Shown one piece after another: positions 25,629 through 38,369 of a stretch of DNA of 64,000 nt. Both the position numbers and the translations under genes were made by a program. Source of the stretch: Octopus vulgaris (lineage: Eukaryota); the NCBI GenBank assembly GCA_951406725.2, contig OX597826.1:53320001-53384000 (forward strand), given 5' to 3'. Every line of letters starts with the position of its first letter. Positions within the stretch are counted from its first letter, which is position 1. A model generated the notes under the pieces. That model ran no database searches. It was not told where the DNA came from and saw only the letters and a program-made list of their open reading frames with translations.

Positions 25629-25719
25629 TATTTGTATATATTTTTAAATATTTTGCTCGCGATTCGTCACGCCATATGCCCTTCATCTTGATTCAGTTAT
25701 CAACCAGACTTGAAATGCA

Positions 25720-26030
25720 TGTCCATCTATGCAGACATCTTTTCTGCTTACCATTCCTGGGGCGGGGGTGGGGGCATGAGGGTAGAGTCCTTAGGCACTT
25801 TTTCCATAGGGTTCTATGAGAAGCGATCGTCATTACACTTTTTGGCTGGGTTCCCCAAGCGAGACTAATTGAGACTATAAAACTATCCAATCGTGACGTT
25901 CTTGGTCTAACCTCAAGTCTCCTACTGGTTGGCTCGGCTTGAAGAATCCGTTTTGCTATTCTTTCCTGTGATATTCTAATCATACGCCCGTAGCAGCTGA
26001 GCTGTGAGCTCTCAATGGGCCTCACAAAAA
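25720..26030 (-). mobile_element. RTE LINE 3' fragment
   Basis: IESSQLSCYGRMIRISQERIAKRILQAEPTSRRLEVRPRT matches the RTE motif QLRW.GH..R....R..K.I......R..GRPR. Confidence 0.75.
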
Positions 26031-26279
26031 TCTGTGCTTAATCAAGGCAATATTCGGTAAAAAAAAACTGGTATAGTACACATAGTGTCTAAGTAGCAAA
26101 CTTGTCAAAATTTCATACAGGATTTATGCAGGAACCTTGCTTGAATTTGTCAGTTATCATAATAATTGCTGAGCCGTTCAACGAAACGTCACAAAACCAA
26201 GCATAGTCATTGCACAGGAGCAGATAGCATGAAGTCTATTTTTAGGCCGACTCGGTAGGCTGGCGATCAATGACTTCAC

Positions 26280-26702
26280 ATTTTTAGCACAATAACAAGA
26301 CTTTTAGAGGGAGGGGTAAGTCGCTTACATCGACTCTAATGTTCAATAGTGATTATTTTATCGGTCGCGAAAGGATAGAAAGCAAAGCCGACATCGGTGG
26401 CATTTGAACTTCGAACATAAAAAACCTGAAGAAATATCGCTAAGCATATTTGCTGGTGAGCTAACGATTCTTATTTCTTTACTACCCACAAGGGCTACAC
26501 ACAGAGGGGACAAACACGGACAGACAAAGGGATTGAGTCGATTACATCGACCCCAGTGCGTAACTGGTACTTAATTTATCGGCCCCAAAAGGATGAAAGG
26601 CAAAGTCGACCTCGACGGAATTTGAACTTGAAACGTAGCGGCAGACGAAATAGCGGTAAGCATTTCGTCCAGCGTGCTAACGATTCTGCCAGCTCGCCGC
26701 CT
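26280..26702 (-). mobile_element. Two group C SINE units
   Basis: Family motifs as above. Confidence 0.82.
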
Positions 26703-26935
26703 AGGTTGGCTATCGCCGATCGTCATCTGCGCACGTCACATGCACTCTGGAAACTTTTAGATAATACTCCGTACGCTTATATATTGAAGAACGCTTTGAT
26801 GCAAAATCTGCGACTTCACCTAATTACTGGTCATCTTGCTTCGGCCCACCATTAGGTACTAATTATGGAAATTCAGAGAATGGTAGTCGTGTTGTACAAG
26901 CGTTTGTCACTGTAATCCAATGACGTACAGTATAT

Positions 26936-27325
26936 ATTCTTTTACTCTTTTACTTGTTTCAGTCATTTGACTGCGGTCATGCTGGAGCACCGCCTTTAGT
27001 CGAGAAAATCGACCCCAGGACTTATTCTTTGTAAGCCTAGTACTTATTCTATCGGTCTCTTTTGCCGACCCGCAAATGACGGGAACGTAAACACACCAAC
27101 ATCGGTTGTCAAGCGATGTTGATTGAGACAAAAAAAAACACACAAACACACATATACATATATACGACGGGATTCTTTCAGTTTCCTTCTACCAAATCCA
27201 CTCACAAGGCTTTGGTCGGCCCGAGTCTATAGTAGAAGACACTTGCCCAAGGTGTCACGCAGTGGGACTGAACACGGAACCATGTGGTTGGTAAGCAAGC
27301 TGCTTACCACGCAGCCACTCCTATG
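26936..27325 (-). mobile_element. Group B SINE, full length
   Basis: Same family as 25201-25628. Confidence 0.9.
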
Positions 27326-27704
27326 ATGACTTCATTTGTCTATGAAAGTCCTATGGCAATGGAAGGATGGCAACGTATGTCGACCAAACCATGCAGAACT
27401 GCAGCGAGAGGTCATGGATGGAAAGTCAAAAATGCTACTGACAACGAGGAAGTAGATGACGGAAATCACCATACATGTGTGTTTGTGCATGTATGTGTGT
27501 GTATGCGCGTGTGTGTGTGTGTAAACATACATGCACACACGCGCCTTTGGACGGCTGGATCTCCGTCAATATCGACATGCCCAGTTTCGTACATAAAGTT
27601 CTGATGAGGTGGTCACCTTGATTATACTTATCCCCTCAGTCATATATTGTATGTGTATATGTGCGTATGCGTGTGTGATGTTTTTGCAGCTTTAATACTA
27701 ATAA

Positions 27705-27737
<33 letters not shown>

Positions 27738-27739
27738 GC

Positions 27740-27787
<48 letters not shown>

Positions 27788-27789
<2 letters not shown>

Positions 27790-28088
27790 AGGCGCAATGG
27801 CCCAGTGGTTAGGGCAGTTGACTCGCAGTCGTAGGATCGTGGTTTCGATTCCCAGACCGGGCGTTGTGAGTGTTTATTGAGCGAAAACACCTAAAGCTCC
27901 ACGAGGCTCCGACAGGGGATGGTGGCGATCCCTGCTGTACTCTTTCGCCACAACTTTCTCTCACTCTTTCTTCTGTTGGCCTGCCCACTTAGCCAGCGGG
28001 GTGGCGTCATTTGAAGGCTAAAACAATGCGAAGTGCATTGTGACCAGCGATGTGTAGCAACATCTGATAGCCTGTTCGGTCACGTGAT

Positions 28089-28095
<7 letters not shown>
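27788..28095 (+). mobile_element. Group A tRNA-derived SINE (short tail type)
   Basis: Near-identical to 12652-12953, inserted between (TG)n and (TA)n. Confidence 0.9.
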
Positions 28096-28131
<36 letters not shown>

Positions 28132-28976
28132 GGTTGTCTACTCCTTATGAAGAGTGTGACCACCTCCTGTACCTACACCTTAGAACCATCATGGCATCTG
28201 ATGTGGCTTTTTAAACCAGACTATGTTTTGGAAAGATACCCACATAGATTGCATATCCGATTTGGACCACCAAGAGCTGCGATTCATTTTAGCCATTTTA
28301 AGAACAAAGAAGCAGTTATAATTTTATTTTTTCTCACCTGTTTATTCCCATTTCTATGACTCGGTCACTGGCACCATTTAATTACCTCATTCTAGCGAGG
28401 CAGTGCAGCCGGGATGCAGAAATGCATCGAAAATTTTGACACTTCATTGTAGACATTGCTTTAAAAAAATAATGGGAAAGTGAATATATCAGGGGTGGGT
28501 GTTCTTTAATAGTTTTAAATGCTTCTTGTATTGCGTTGTGGTTTTAGTATCAACACACGATCTTATATAAAGTTATTTGCCTATAGCAACTGGTTTGGTA
28601 AGTCACTTATCAAATGTCACCTACCAAACAAGTCGAACTGCAAAATACACACACACACACACATACACACACATACACACACACACTTGTATGACCCTCA
28701 GTCAACAGTTAAGATATGGTGATCGGAAGATATGTTTGTGTTTTTTTTTCTTTACCCTGGGCGTTTCACCTGTTCCGTGATCTTAATATCTTTTACATAC
28801 ATATATACATACATAAGCAACACATTGAAACATTCTTGCTTATGTAAATACACAAATACATATTCATGCACACATAAATACATGAATACTATATATATAT
28901 ATATATATACATATAGTTGTACACACATGCATACATATATTCATACTTACATATACATGTTGTTCATACTTACATA

Positions 28977-29012
<36 letters not shown>

Positions 29013-29602
29013 CGGGTACAAATTTGAATTTACAAACGGGAGTAAAAAGTAGAGTTTACTTATATATTCAAAGAACCGGCTACTCTGAGTCTGACAGGGC
29101 GTTTGTAGTCCGTAAAAATGATAGAGCATTGGATTAAATTCCAAACAATATTTACTATTGACTCAACGTTTTTGAACTTGTCTGACTCTAATTCTTATCC
29201 GACTCCAACCCGACATGATGGAATATGTGACACACGTATAAATCTTATTCCTTTCCCCGTACCTATAACATTAAATCATCATTTATATTACTCCACAATG
29301 TATAAGTGTGTACATAATTGTGCAAAATAATCGTTCTGAGTCCAGAAATATCTGTAACAGTCTGAAAATATACATTAAAATATTAAATTTTTTTTTTCAA
29401 TGGTGCATAAAATATTTATTTATTTCCTTCTTAAAACGTCTTTTTAAAAACGTCTTTTAACGTGGTTAATTCTGTATTTGCTTGTAATAAATATTAATGC
29501 CGAATGTTTCAATTCCGTTACATTACTATCACAGCAAATGTTCAATTATAATTCATTATTACCACCATAATGTTTTTCCTGTTTCTTTTCTTTTTATTTC
29601 AG

Positions 29603-29762
29603 GTTAGTAAAAATGAGCGCTACAGATTTAGTTTCATCGTGAAAGAACTGAAAACCACGGATATAGTCAATTATAAGCGTAATTTAATGGCCTTCATTAA
29701 CTGTATATTGTTTGCTACTGAAGATCTCTACAAACGTGTACAAATCCGTGTGGAATTTAGAG
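29603..29762 (+). CDS. INF2: INF2-like formin, coding exon B (DID)
   Basis: Long polypyrimidine tract + cAG, GTatct donor. Reads VSKNERYRFSFIVKELKTTDIVNYKRNLMAFINCILFATEDLYKRVQIRVEFR, with the formin DID motifs YRF..IV.EL and FIN....ED...R..IR.EF. 160 bp, phase 0 to 1. Confidence 0.93.
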
Positions 29763-29837
29763 GTATCTATCTTTTAACTACAATTTCTATTTTAGTATGC
29801 CCATGTTTTAAACAAACATTATTATCGTTATTCATCA

Positions 29838-30475
29838 AAGGCGGTGAGCTGGCAGAAACGTTAACACGCCGGGCGAAATGCTTAGCAGTATTTCGTCTGC
29901 CGTTACGTTCTGAGTTCAAATTCCGCCGAGGTCGACTTTGCCTTTCATCCTTTCGGGGTCGATTAAATAAGTACCAGTTACGCACTGGGGTCGATATAAT
30001 CGACTTAATCCGTTTGTCTGTCCTTGTTTGTCCTCTCTGTGATTAGCCCCTTGTGGGTAGTAAAGAAATAGGTATTTCGTCTGTCTTTATGTTCTGAGTT
30101 CAAATTCCGTCGAGGTCGACTTTGCCTTTTATCCTTTCGGAGTCGATAAATTAAATACCAGTTGCATACTGGGGTCGATCTAATCGACTAGCCCCCTCCC
30201 CCAAAGTTTCAGACCTTGTGCCTATAGTAGAAAGGATTATTGTTATTCATCATGTAAAGGCGGTGAGCTGGCAGAATCGTTAGCACGCCGGGCAAAATGC
30301 TTTGCAGCATGTAGTCCGTCTTCACGTTCCGAGTTCAAATTCTGTCGAGGTCGACTTTTCCTTTCATCATATCGGGGACGATAAAATAAATGCCAGTTAA
30401 GTACTGGGGGTCGAGGAAAACGACTTTACTCCTTCCCCCGAAATTGCTGTCCTTGTGCCAAAATTTGAAATTATT
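29838..30475 (+). mobile_element. Group C SINE dimer (29838-30235) followed by a third unit
   Basis: aaggcggtgagctggcagaa head. Dimer flanked by attat(c/t)gttattcatca at 29821-29837 and 30236-30252. Confidence 0.88.
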
Positions 30476-30684
30476 ATTTATACATTCTTTACAATTTTTT
30501 ATATAATCAAACGCTAAACTGCTTTCCTGTTTTTCCATGGTAATTCGCCAGCTGACTATGTTTCCTGTTCTCTCAGTAAAAGTTGCCTGATCAGTGGGTA
30601 CTTTTGTAGAAAAGATCGAATTCAAACTCTTTAATTAATTGCAATAACTCAAATTGATGCTGTTTAGAGTTCCATCGATGGAGT

Positions 30685-31140
30685 AGTTTCTCCATGGCGC
30701 AAGCCTGGGCGGTAGAAACGAAGACACTGGGCTGCCCAGACACCAGAATCTCCCTCTCGGCCCCCCAGACATAATCCAAAGGAATGCAGTGCAGTACGTT
30801 TGGAATCTGGTTGGCTGCAGGAGTTGCCGGGAAGGGGTCGAGATTCGACACCCTACCGCCTTCGGGGCTCCACTCCGGATTTTCTGTCTGGGTTTACTCC
30901 CATAGCCTTTCCCTCTCCCAAGAGCATCCGCAAGGCAGCGGAGCGAGGGTTTGGAGTCAGAGTTTTCCTTCTCCTAGACTGGCTGCCAGCCAAGGCTAAC
31001 GAGCCCAGTCTGCCCACCTGGTTATACCGCCAAGCACCCGGTCGCGCCACACAGCAGGCTCAGTGAGAACAGGGGGTACCGCGTGAAGGTGCTGCTGTGG
31101 ACACAGTAGTGCAGGAGAGGCCATTAGCAAGAACTTTCCA
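30685..31140 (-). mobile_element. GC-rich RTE-type 5' UTR fragment
   Basis: Minus strand contains gggctcgttagccttggctggcagccagtctaggagaaggaaaactctga, resembling the conserved RTE/BovB 5' UTR motif. Sharp GC island in an AT-rich intron. Confidence 0.6.
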
Positions 31141-33193
31141 CAAGGCGCAGCCAAGTAGAAGTTCTGCAGCGTATGAAAGATTTTTTATGCTAAGGTTTGT
31201 TACAGCGGCAAAAACAAAGAATCGTGCGTTTTACAGTAACAATAGACGAGAGCTCTGTAAAATGAATATGAATTTCCAGTGAACCGATTTTGAATCTCCG
31301 TTTGAGCCACTCACGTTGATGTCGTTTAGATGCTCAAAAGCATCACGCAATCTAATTTTTCTCATCTACAAATTCAAAACCTTTGAACACCTGTGACATC
31401 TGCAATGGTTTTGACAATATTAAGCAAAAGGACGCACTATAGTATGTTGATATTCTGTCTGTCTGTCTCTCTCTTTCTCTCTCTCACTCTCTCGTCCGCA
31501 AGTAACGAATGTAGTGTCTATCCTTTGAAGTTCAAGATAGATTAACCGAAGAAACTTTGCGATATTTAGTTATGGTTCATTGTATTTTGAGTTCATATCT
31601 GCTGAGGTTAACTTTGTCTTTGATCCTTCCGAGGTCGATCAAGATTCCTAAAATGTATCCTAGTTGTGGATGGAATTCACGTCAGTAAACTTTGACTCAG
31701 CATTTTATCCCCTTCATGAAAAAGAAAAATTCCTGTTTAAACCTGCTGAGATTTGAACTGGGTTACCTTCCAGTTACCTAACAACTGTCCTGATTATCTC
31801 TGCTTTTCTCAACCTTAGATGACATAAATAAATTTTTAGTGCGGGGAACGATATTATTTTGGCGTCATTTATGATTTCGCAATGGTAGTGAAGTGAAATG
31901 GCTTTCAACAAGAATCGAAACTTCCTCTGCGCAGTTTGTCGAGAGACAATATCGGGACGTCAAATCAGAAATCCCCTTAAACTGTAATGGACTCTCCTTA
32001 TTACAATACATATCGCATTCAGAGTCATAAAGCCTTAAACACCTTTGTCTTAATTTTTTTCACTTTCTATTTACTGGCTTCAATTGTACATACTCTTACA
32101 ACTATTTAAATAGTAACTTTACCAGAGATTTTTAAAGCATTAAACACTTAGTATTTTTTTAATCAGTTTTGAGGAAAATTAGCTAAAATTATGACCAGAC
32201 TATTTTGTCGATTGTGGATTACATTTTTTAAACTAATATTTATAATTTTCATAGGATTTGTTTCAAATCACTAATACTTAACAGAAATTGTTTAGTAATT
32301 ATTAACTAAATTCTAACGTTATTAGAACTTGTATTTGTAATTAAAATCTGTTGGTCAAAAATGCAGTTGCGAGGTGGATTCAAGAAGATATTTGAGTGTA
32401 TTTTATCTTCAAATTCTTTCGAAGGTTAGTAATAATCTTTCTGATTCCATACATTTCTTTGCTAAACATTCAGCTAAATTGAGAAATAATTCAAATTTTG
32501 GTTGTCCGTTCCGTTTATCTTTCTTAAGCTTGTTAATAGTTTACAAAATAACTCGGCCAGTAAAAAGACAGAGCAGACGCATTTTAATGTTTATCGGTAT
32601 AATGACATGAATACACATAACATGAATATGTATTGAAGCCCCCTTTCGTGATCTTTCCTTTTATCTCTCCCAGGTCAATAAAATAAGTATCGCTTATATT
32701 GAGGCTTATCTATCGATGAAACGCCTCTCTTATAACATGGCTTTTGTATTACACATAAGTTATCGATTACAATTGCGTTTGGATTACTAGTTCTTGCTAT
32801 TTTCTTTTTACTTATAAAACTAATGTCACAAAATCCCGCCCCAGCCCACCAAAAATTTGAAACCCTGCATCTTTGTCTAAATAAGAACTCAATATGCTTA
32901 CAGCACTGATTTGGGCCGAAAACACAAGATATATGAAATATATTAACTGAAATTTTGCAGACACAGGGCGATGTAGTTTTAATGATTTGGATTTGTTTTA
33001 ATTAGTGAAATAATATTTTAAAAGTAAGTTAAATCAGACAGGGGAGCTTCTTTTGATACCAGGAGCAAATTGCAGACTCATCAGAACCTGTGACGGTCGG
33101 TGCAATTTGTACCAAGGAAAGTCTTAGATCTTTAATTTTATAAATTCATAGATATGTTCGAAATCGTGCTACTCAGCATTAATTAAACTGCTG

Positions 33194-33560
33194 CGCATGC
33201 GTAGCTTTGTGTTAAGACGTTTGCTTCCCAATCACATCGTCCCGGTTTCAGTCCCATTACGCGGCGCCTTAGGAAATATCTTCTACAGCCTCCAGCTGAC
33301 CGCAATTTTGTGAGTGGGTTTGTAGACAGAAACTGAAGGAATCCACACACACGTGTGTGTGTGTATTTGTATCTTTGTGTTCGTACTCCACCACCGCTTG
33401 ACAACGGTGTTGTTTTGTTTACGTCCCCGTAATTTAGCTGTTCGTCAAAAGACCGACAGATTAAGTACCAGGTTGAAGAAAGGACTGAGCTCGATTTTTC
33501 GACCAAAAGTTCTTCAAAGCGGTCTCAGCAAGGCTGCATTCTAATAACCGAAACAAAAGA
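33194..33560 (+). mobile_element. Group B SINE, diverged
   Basis: Degenerate head, core and gtttacgtccccgtaa tail motifs. Confidence 0.75.
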
Positions 33561-34113
33561 TATAGCAATTAATCAGAAAGTTAAATGCCTCCGAGCAGAT
33601 TGTTTTAAAGATGATAAAACTCCTTAAAAGACTTGTTCCACTTTGTTGTAATAGATGAAACTGTTGATGCGGCGATTCTCCATTGGTTAACAAGGTTGTC
33701 AAAGTTTAGTACTTAAGTACTTATTGGTTAAATTTAGTGTTGAGGGAAATCTATTCAATCCATTAAGTGGTAAAAATTTCAATTTGTGATATCTTCAAAA
33801 GTGGAAATTTTTTAGTTTATGCTTCGGATTTATATAATTCCTGAATACATAAACCATTAAATCTGGATATCAAAATAATATCCAATTATAAACAACTGTA
33901 CTATATTTTTTTTATATGCCTCCTCCATAGCTATTGAATAAAAAGACAAATTCTGATTCTACTTGTTTATACGACACACATACTTACCAATATCTTTTAT
34001 ACTCTCAACCTGTCCTGTCTGATAAACCAACATTCTCAAACAATCTGATACTTGTTTTCCTAAACATGCAACAGAAATTTATACATTCTTTATCAATCGA
34101 TGTTTACTTTCGC

Positions 34114-34440
34114 GGTACAACTTAAGAAGAGTGGTCCTGGTGCGCGCACTCGCGTACTCGCACATCCACGTGACTAATCGATCCTGCAACGACTACCTAG
34201 CAAAGTAAATAAAACACAAAATAAATCATTTTTTTTTTTTACACAAAGTAAATAATCTTTTTAAAACAAAGTAAATATAACACAAAAACTATTTACTTTG
34301 TGTAAAAAAAAAAATTATTTATTTTGTGTTTTATTTACTTTGCTAGGTAGTCGTTGCAGGATCGACTAGTCACGACTAGCTAGCGCGGATGCGCGAGTAC
34401 GCGAGTGCGCGCACCGGGACCACTCTTCTTAAGTAGTACC
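34114..34440. mobile_element. Fold-back MITE with about 140-bp inverted arms
   Basis: ggtacaacttaagaagagtggtcc...acacaaagtaaata mirrored by tatttactttgtgt...ggaccactcttcttaagtagtacc, with a short AT-rich spacer. Confidence 0.9.
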
Positions 34441-34814
34441 TGCTTTCAATTTCTCTGCAATTCGTTTAGACGATTTAAATTGTGCCTGTGTTACGAAACC
34501 ATTTTTCTTTATATCTGTCTTGAGAATAGTTTACTGTTAGTATAACGATTCTTGTAAAAACTGCTAGCTTGTCTAAAAACAGGCTCCCTTTCAGTTTTTC
34601 GTATTACTTATTGCTTGATCAAATAGTTGCGTTGAAGATTGTACTTTTTATTAGCAGCAACCGAATCTTTTACAAATAACACACACATTTTCCATTTACT
34701 TCTATGAAAATAATTACCTATCCATTTTACTGCTATGGCTGACAAATATTTTTCTATCTGTAAGACTGTCCAAATCTTTTATGAAATTTACATTATTGAT
34801 TTTAAATTCTTTGA

Positions 34815-34981
34815 GGCGCAGGAGTGGCTGTGTGGTAAGTAGCTTGCTAACCAGCCACATGGTTCCGGGTTCAATCCCACTGCGTGGCATCTTGGGCAAG
34901 TGTCTTCTGCTATAGCCCCGGGCCGACCAATGCCTTGTGAGTGGATTTGGTAGACGGAAACTGAAAGAAGCCTGTCGTATA

Positions 34982-35026
<45 letters not shown>

Positions 35027-35220
35027 CTGTGTTTGTCCCCCTAGCATTGCCTGACAACCGATGCTGGTGTGTTTACGTCCCCGTTACTTAGCGGTTCGGC
35101 AAAAGGGACCGATAGAATAAGTACTGGGCTTACAAAGAATAAGTCCCGGGGTCGATTTGCTCGACTAAAGGCGGTGCTCCAGCATGGCCGCAGTCAAATG
35201 ACTGAAACGAGTAAAAGAGT
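34815..35220 (+). mobile_element. Group B SINE, full length
   Basis: tRNA-like head (ggctgtgtggta..gggttcaatccc), CORE-like cttgggcaagt, (TA)n(TG)n middle, tail ...gactgaaacgagtaaaagag. Confidence 0.92.
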
Positions 35221-35779
35221 ATATATGTATAAGCTTAGGGCTCGAGTATACTATCTTTGGTAAGTCTAATTTCCTCCGGGAGATTTTCGTTAGAAATGGT
35301 CATTCTGTTTATTGTTTGGCTGAAGTCTGCTTTAAAATTTATAGATATTTGACTGAAGAATTGTACCATTAAAACTGGTTGTAAATCATCGACGACTCAG
35401 CCAGTTTAGAGGTCAAGGACTGGGATAAATTGATCGGACATAGAACAAGCCTTTCAAAATTGTTAAAATCCTATCTGAATAGCGTAGAATCATCGATACA
35501 AGATTTCCCAATTGGTAAGAAGATATATATAAATAGGAAATAAAACTAGTTGAATAGTGTACTTAAACTGTGTGTATAAAAAATATTGTGGATATTTTAT
35601 GATTTCGCTTTAGGCGTAGTGAAACTAATATTGTAATAATACATATTTGTATTGACATGTGTATCTCTTACAAATTTGATGCTACAATTAGTGACAAGAG
35701 AGAAAAGCTGGGCCTCGACTTTAACGGAAGTGAGACAATAACAATCTGAAAGAAAGTAGCACCAATTTTTGACATAAAA

Positions 35780-36310
35780 ATTAAAGGAACAACCTTGAAA
35801 CCAGTCGACTTTTGGGAGAGCTATCATTATATCAGATGAAAAAAATTTCAAAAGTTAAATCGAAGATTGGACGATCCAAGTCTGCTTTCAGCGTGATGAA
35901 GCGTATTGTCAAATAAGCAGCCATCAGCGAAAGTGAGAGAGAAAGGAACATGCATAGAACCTATCGTTACATATGGCTGCATGACTTGGAACATTAGCAA
36001 ACACGTACAAGTGGCTACCAATGCTGCAGAGATGTTAAGACAGTTACTTAAGATACACAAACTGACAGACAAACATTGAAGTCACTTAGAAAAGTAGAAA
36101 AACTTATCAGTTAAGAAGGCAACCAGTGAAGTTCATTGGAAACCATTTAAGACAGAGCCTTGAATGTTTGATAACAATTGGGAAGACTGAGAGGGAAGAT
36201 ACTCAATGACCTTAGCAGATGGTTCCGGATAGACTCTCCCAATAAATTGCCGTGGGACAGTAGTGGATGAACGTCCATAATCATTGATGCTAGTAGGAGT
36301 GCCATATGGC
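35780..36310 (+). mobile_element. Degenerate RTE LINE fragment
   Basis: CIEPIVTYGCMTWNISK...NAAEM resembles the RTE motif P.L.YG.E.W........A.EM. Confidence 0.6.
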
Positions 36311-36319
36311 AGTTTGTTC

Positions 36320-37215
36320 TCTCTATCTCTCTCCTACACACAGAATCCGCCATCTATACAAACTGGATGACTTTAACATGTGCCGCAACTTTCGGAACAT
36401 TATCCAAACCATGAAAGTTACTTCCGTGCATCATGCAACCCACAATCCCTCCTGCGTCCCAAACTGCAGCCAATTTTTAATTCTTGTCATGAAGATCACC
36501 ACCAACCATTACGAAATCCTTTTTTCGGCGACTTCACAATCATGAAATACTTTTGCGGAGGAAGCGCCCACATTTGCAACCCGCTTTGCACCCAAGTCTA
36601 CCCAGTCTACATTGAGAAAATCTTTTCCCAAATTACTTCCACCCTTCTTCTACTCCATCAAGCAGCCTCAGAAACCTCCTGTCACTTGAATGCATCCAAG
36701 CCACCGTTCCTAACGATGTCTCTTTCACTAATTTCTAACAATGCTCTCTTGTACTATCCTCAAACCACGTTAAACTCTTCAATTTTTCTTTCTCTTTCGG
36801 GATATATTCCACTCATTGAAAACGTACAGCAGTTTGTACAATCCCAACAAAGACAATCCCTTTGACCCTACCAACTATCTTACATCTAATAGCTCAAAGA
36901 TGATGGAGGTACCCGTTAATAACTTTCTCTAACATCTTAATTCTCCATCACTCCTTTCATAATTACAACTACCACAGCTCTCGTAAAACCAGATCTCCCA
37001 GAGACTTAAATTCCTATATCACTGACCAGTTGGCCTTCACACACATACACACGGTAGATTTGAAAATCAGTGTTGTTCACTTCGACACTAGCAAAACTTT
37101 CGAATACGTTAGGTGCGAATCTCCTATCAAAACCTCCCGCTTTTGGGTTCTATCCTTCAGTCATCTATCCACGGCTTCCTCTCTGGTCACATCACTGCTA
37201 TATCTACTGATGCAG
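36320..37215 (+). mobile_element. Degenerate CR1/Jockey-group LINE RT fragment
   Basis: DTSKTFEYV..LLSKPPAFGFYPS..IHGFLSGH.. resembles D.SKAFD.V.H..LL.KL..G......I..FLS.R. Interrupted by a SINE at 37216. Confidence 0.55.
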
Positions 37216-37448
37216 AAGGCGGCGAGCTGGCAGATACGTTAGCGCGTGGGGTGAAATGCTTAGCGGTATTTCGTCTGTCGTTACGTTCTGAGTTCAAATT
37301 CCGCCGAGGTCGACTTTACCTTTCATCCTTTCGGGGTCGATAAATAAAGTACCAGTTTCGCACTGGAGTTGATGTAATCGACTTAATCCCTTTGTCTGTC
37401 CTTGTTTGTCCCCTCTATCTTTAGCCCCTTGTGGGCAATAAAGAAATA
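37216..37448 (+). mobile_element. Group C SINE
   Basis: 17-bp TSD tatatctactgatgcag at 37199-37215 and 37449-37465. Confidence 0.93.
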
Positions 37449-38187
37449 TATATCTACTGATGCAGCTCTCTGAGGATTCTAATATAGGAGAACACTCTCA
37501 TTCTATTCAAATGCTTGGCGTCTACCGACACTGAGAACCTGTTCTGGTAAACATATATCCTTAACAAAACAAAGACCGCATTTCAATGACTGGTATTCCT
37601 ATTCAGAAGCAGAAAAAATGAAAACTTAGGCCTTGGTCTGTACAAAGCATTCTGATAAGTTTGTTCAAAATGTACATTTTTGTTATCAGTCTTTCAGTTC
37701 TCTCTAATTTCATACGCTCACTTTCATAAGTGCCTAGTTATTCTAATGGCTGGAAAAACATTGTAAATGTGTAATATATATGATGCATGGACGCCAAAGA
37801 AATACGCCCTGTATATTATGGGTGATACACAAGACAGACGAACGGTTAAACACCCAATAGTAACACTCCTATCCACTCTTAGAAAATTTCAGAAGCACCT
37901 GACATTGGAGAATTACTTCCACATCTAGATCGAGATTTCTACGTTTAATTCTATTTGACAAGGAGGCAGTGGGAAAAATCCATTACGATAACGCTTCGTG
38001 GTCCCGCATAAAACTTGAAATCTTTCTAGTAGTTTAGTCTAACTGTAATACCAGTAATATATTTGGGTTGATCAGATTAAATGCACACATATTGCGATGG
38101 CATCGAATTGGATAAGAAGCAACCTTTTGGCAGAGGGGTTTAATTTTGTATCGCAAATTTGTAATGACTTATATTTATTCTTTGCAG

Positions 38188-38369
38188 ATTTGAATTTGGG
38201 GTCCGTCCTAAAAGAACTACGACAGCTAGAAGATAAAAGACTTAGTGTGCAATGTGATACTTACGAGCAAGATAAACGCCATGATGACGCCATTTTAACA
38301 CTGATTAATAATACAAATAAAGGAGACATCAGTCGCCATCAGAGCATGTTCTTGTCGATATGTCAGAAT
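38188..38369 (+). CDS. INF2: INF2-like formin, coding exon C (end of DID / dimerization region)
   Basis: ctttgcAG acceptor and GTaagt donor. Reads (D)LNLGSVLKELRQLEDKRLSVQCDTYEQDKRHDD...DISRHQSMFLSICQN, compare INF2 [25 protein letters not shown]...DMSSHQEVF. 182 bp, phase 1 to 0. Confidence 0.9.

Noticed and set aside
27601-27625. CTGATGA followed by hairpin GGTG/CACC
   Set aside because: No GAAA box after the stem, so not a hammerhead.
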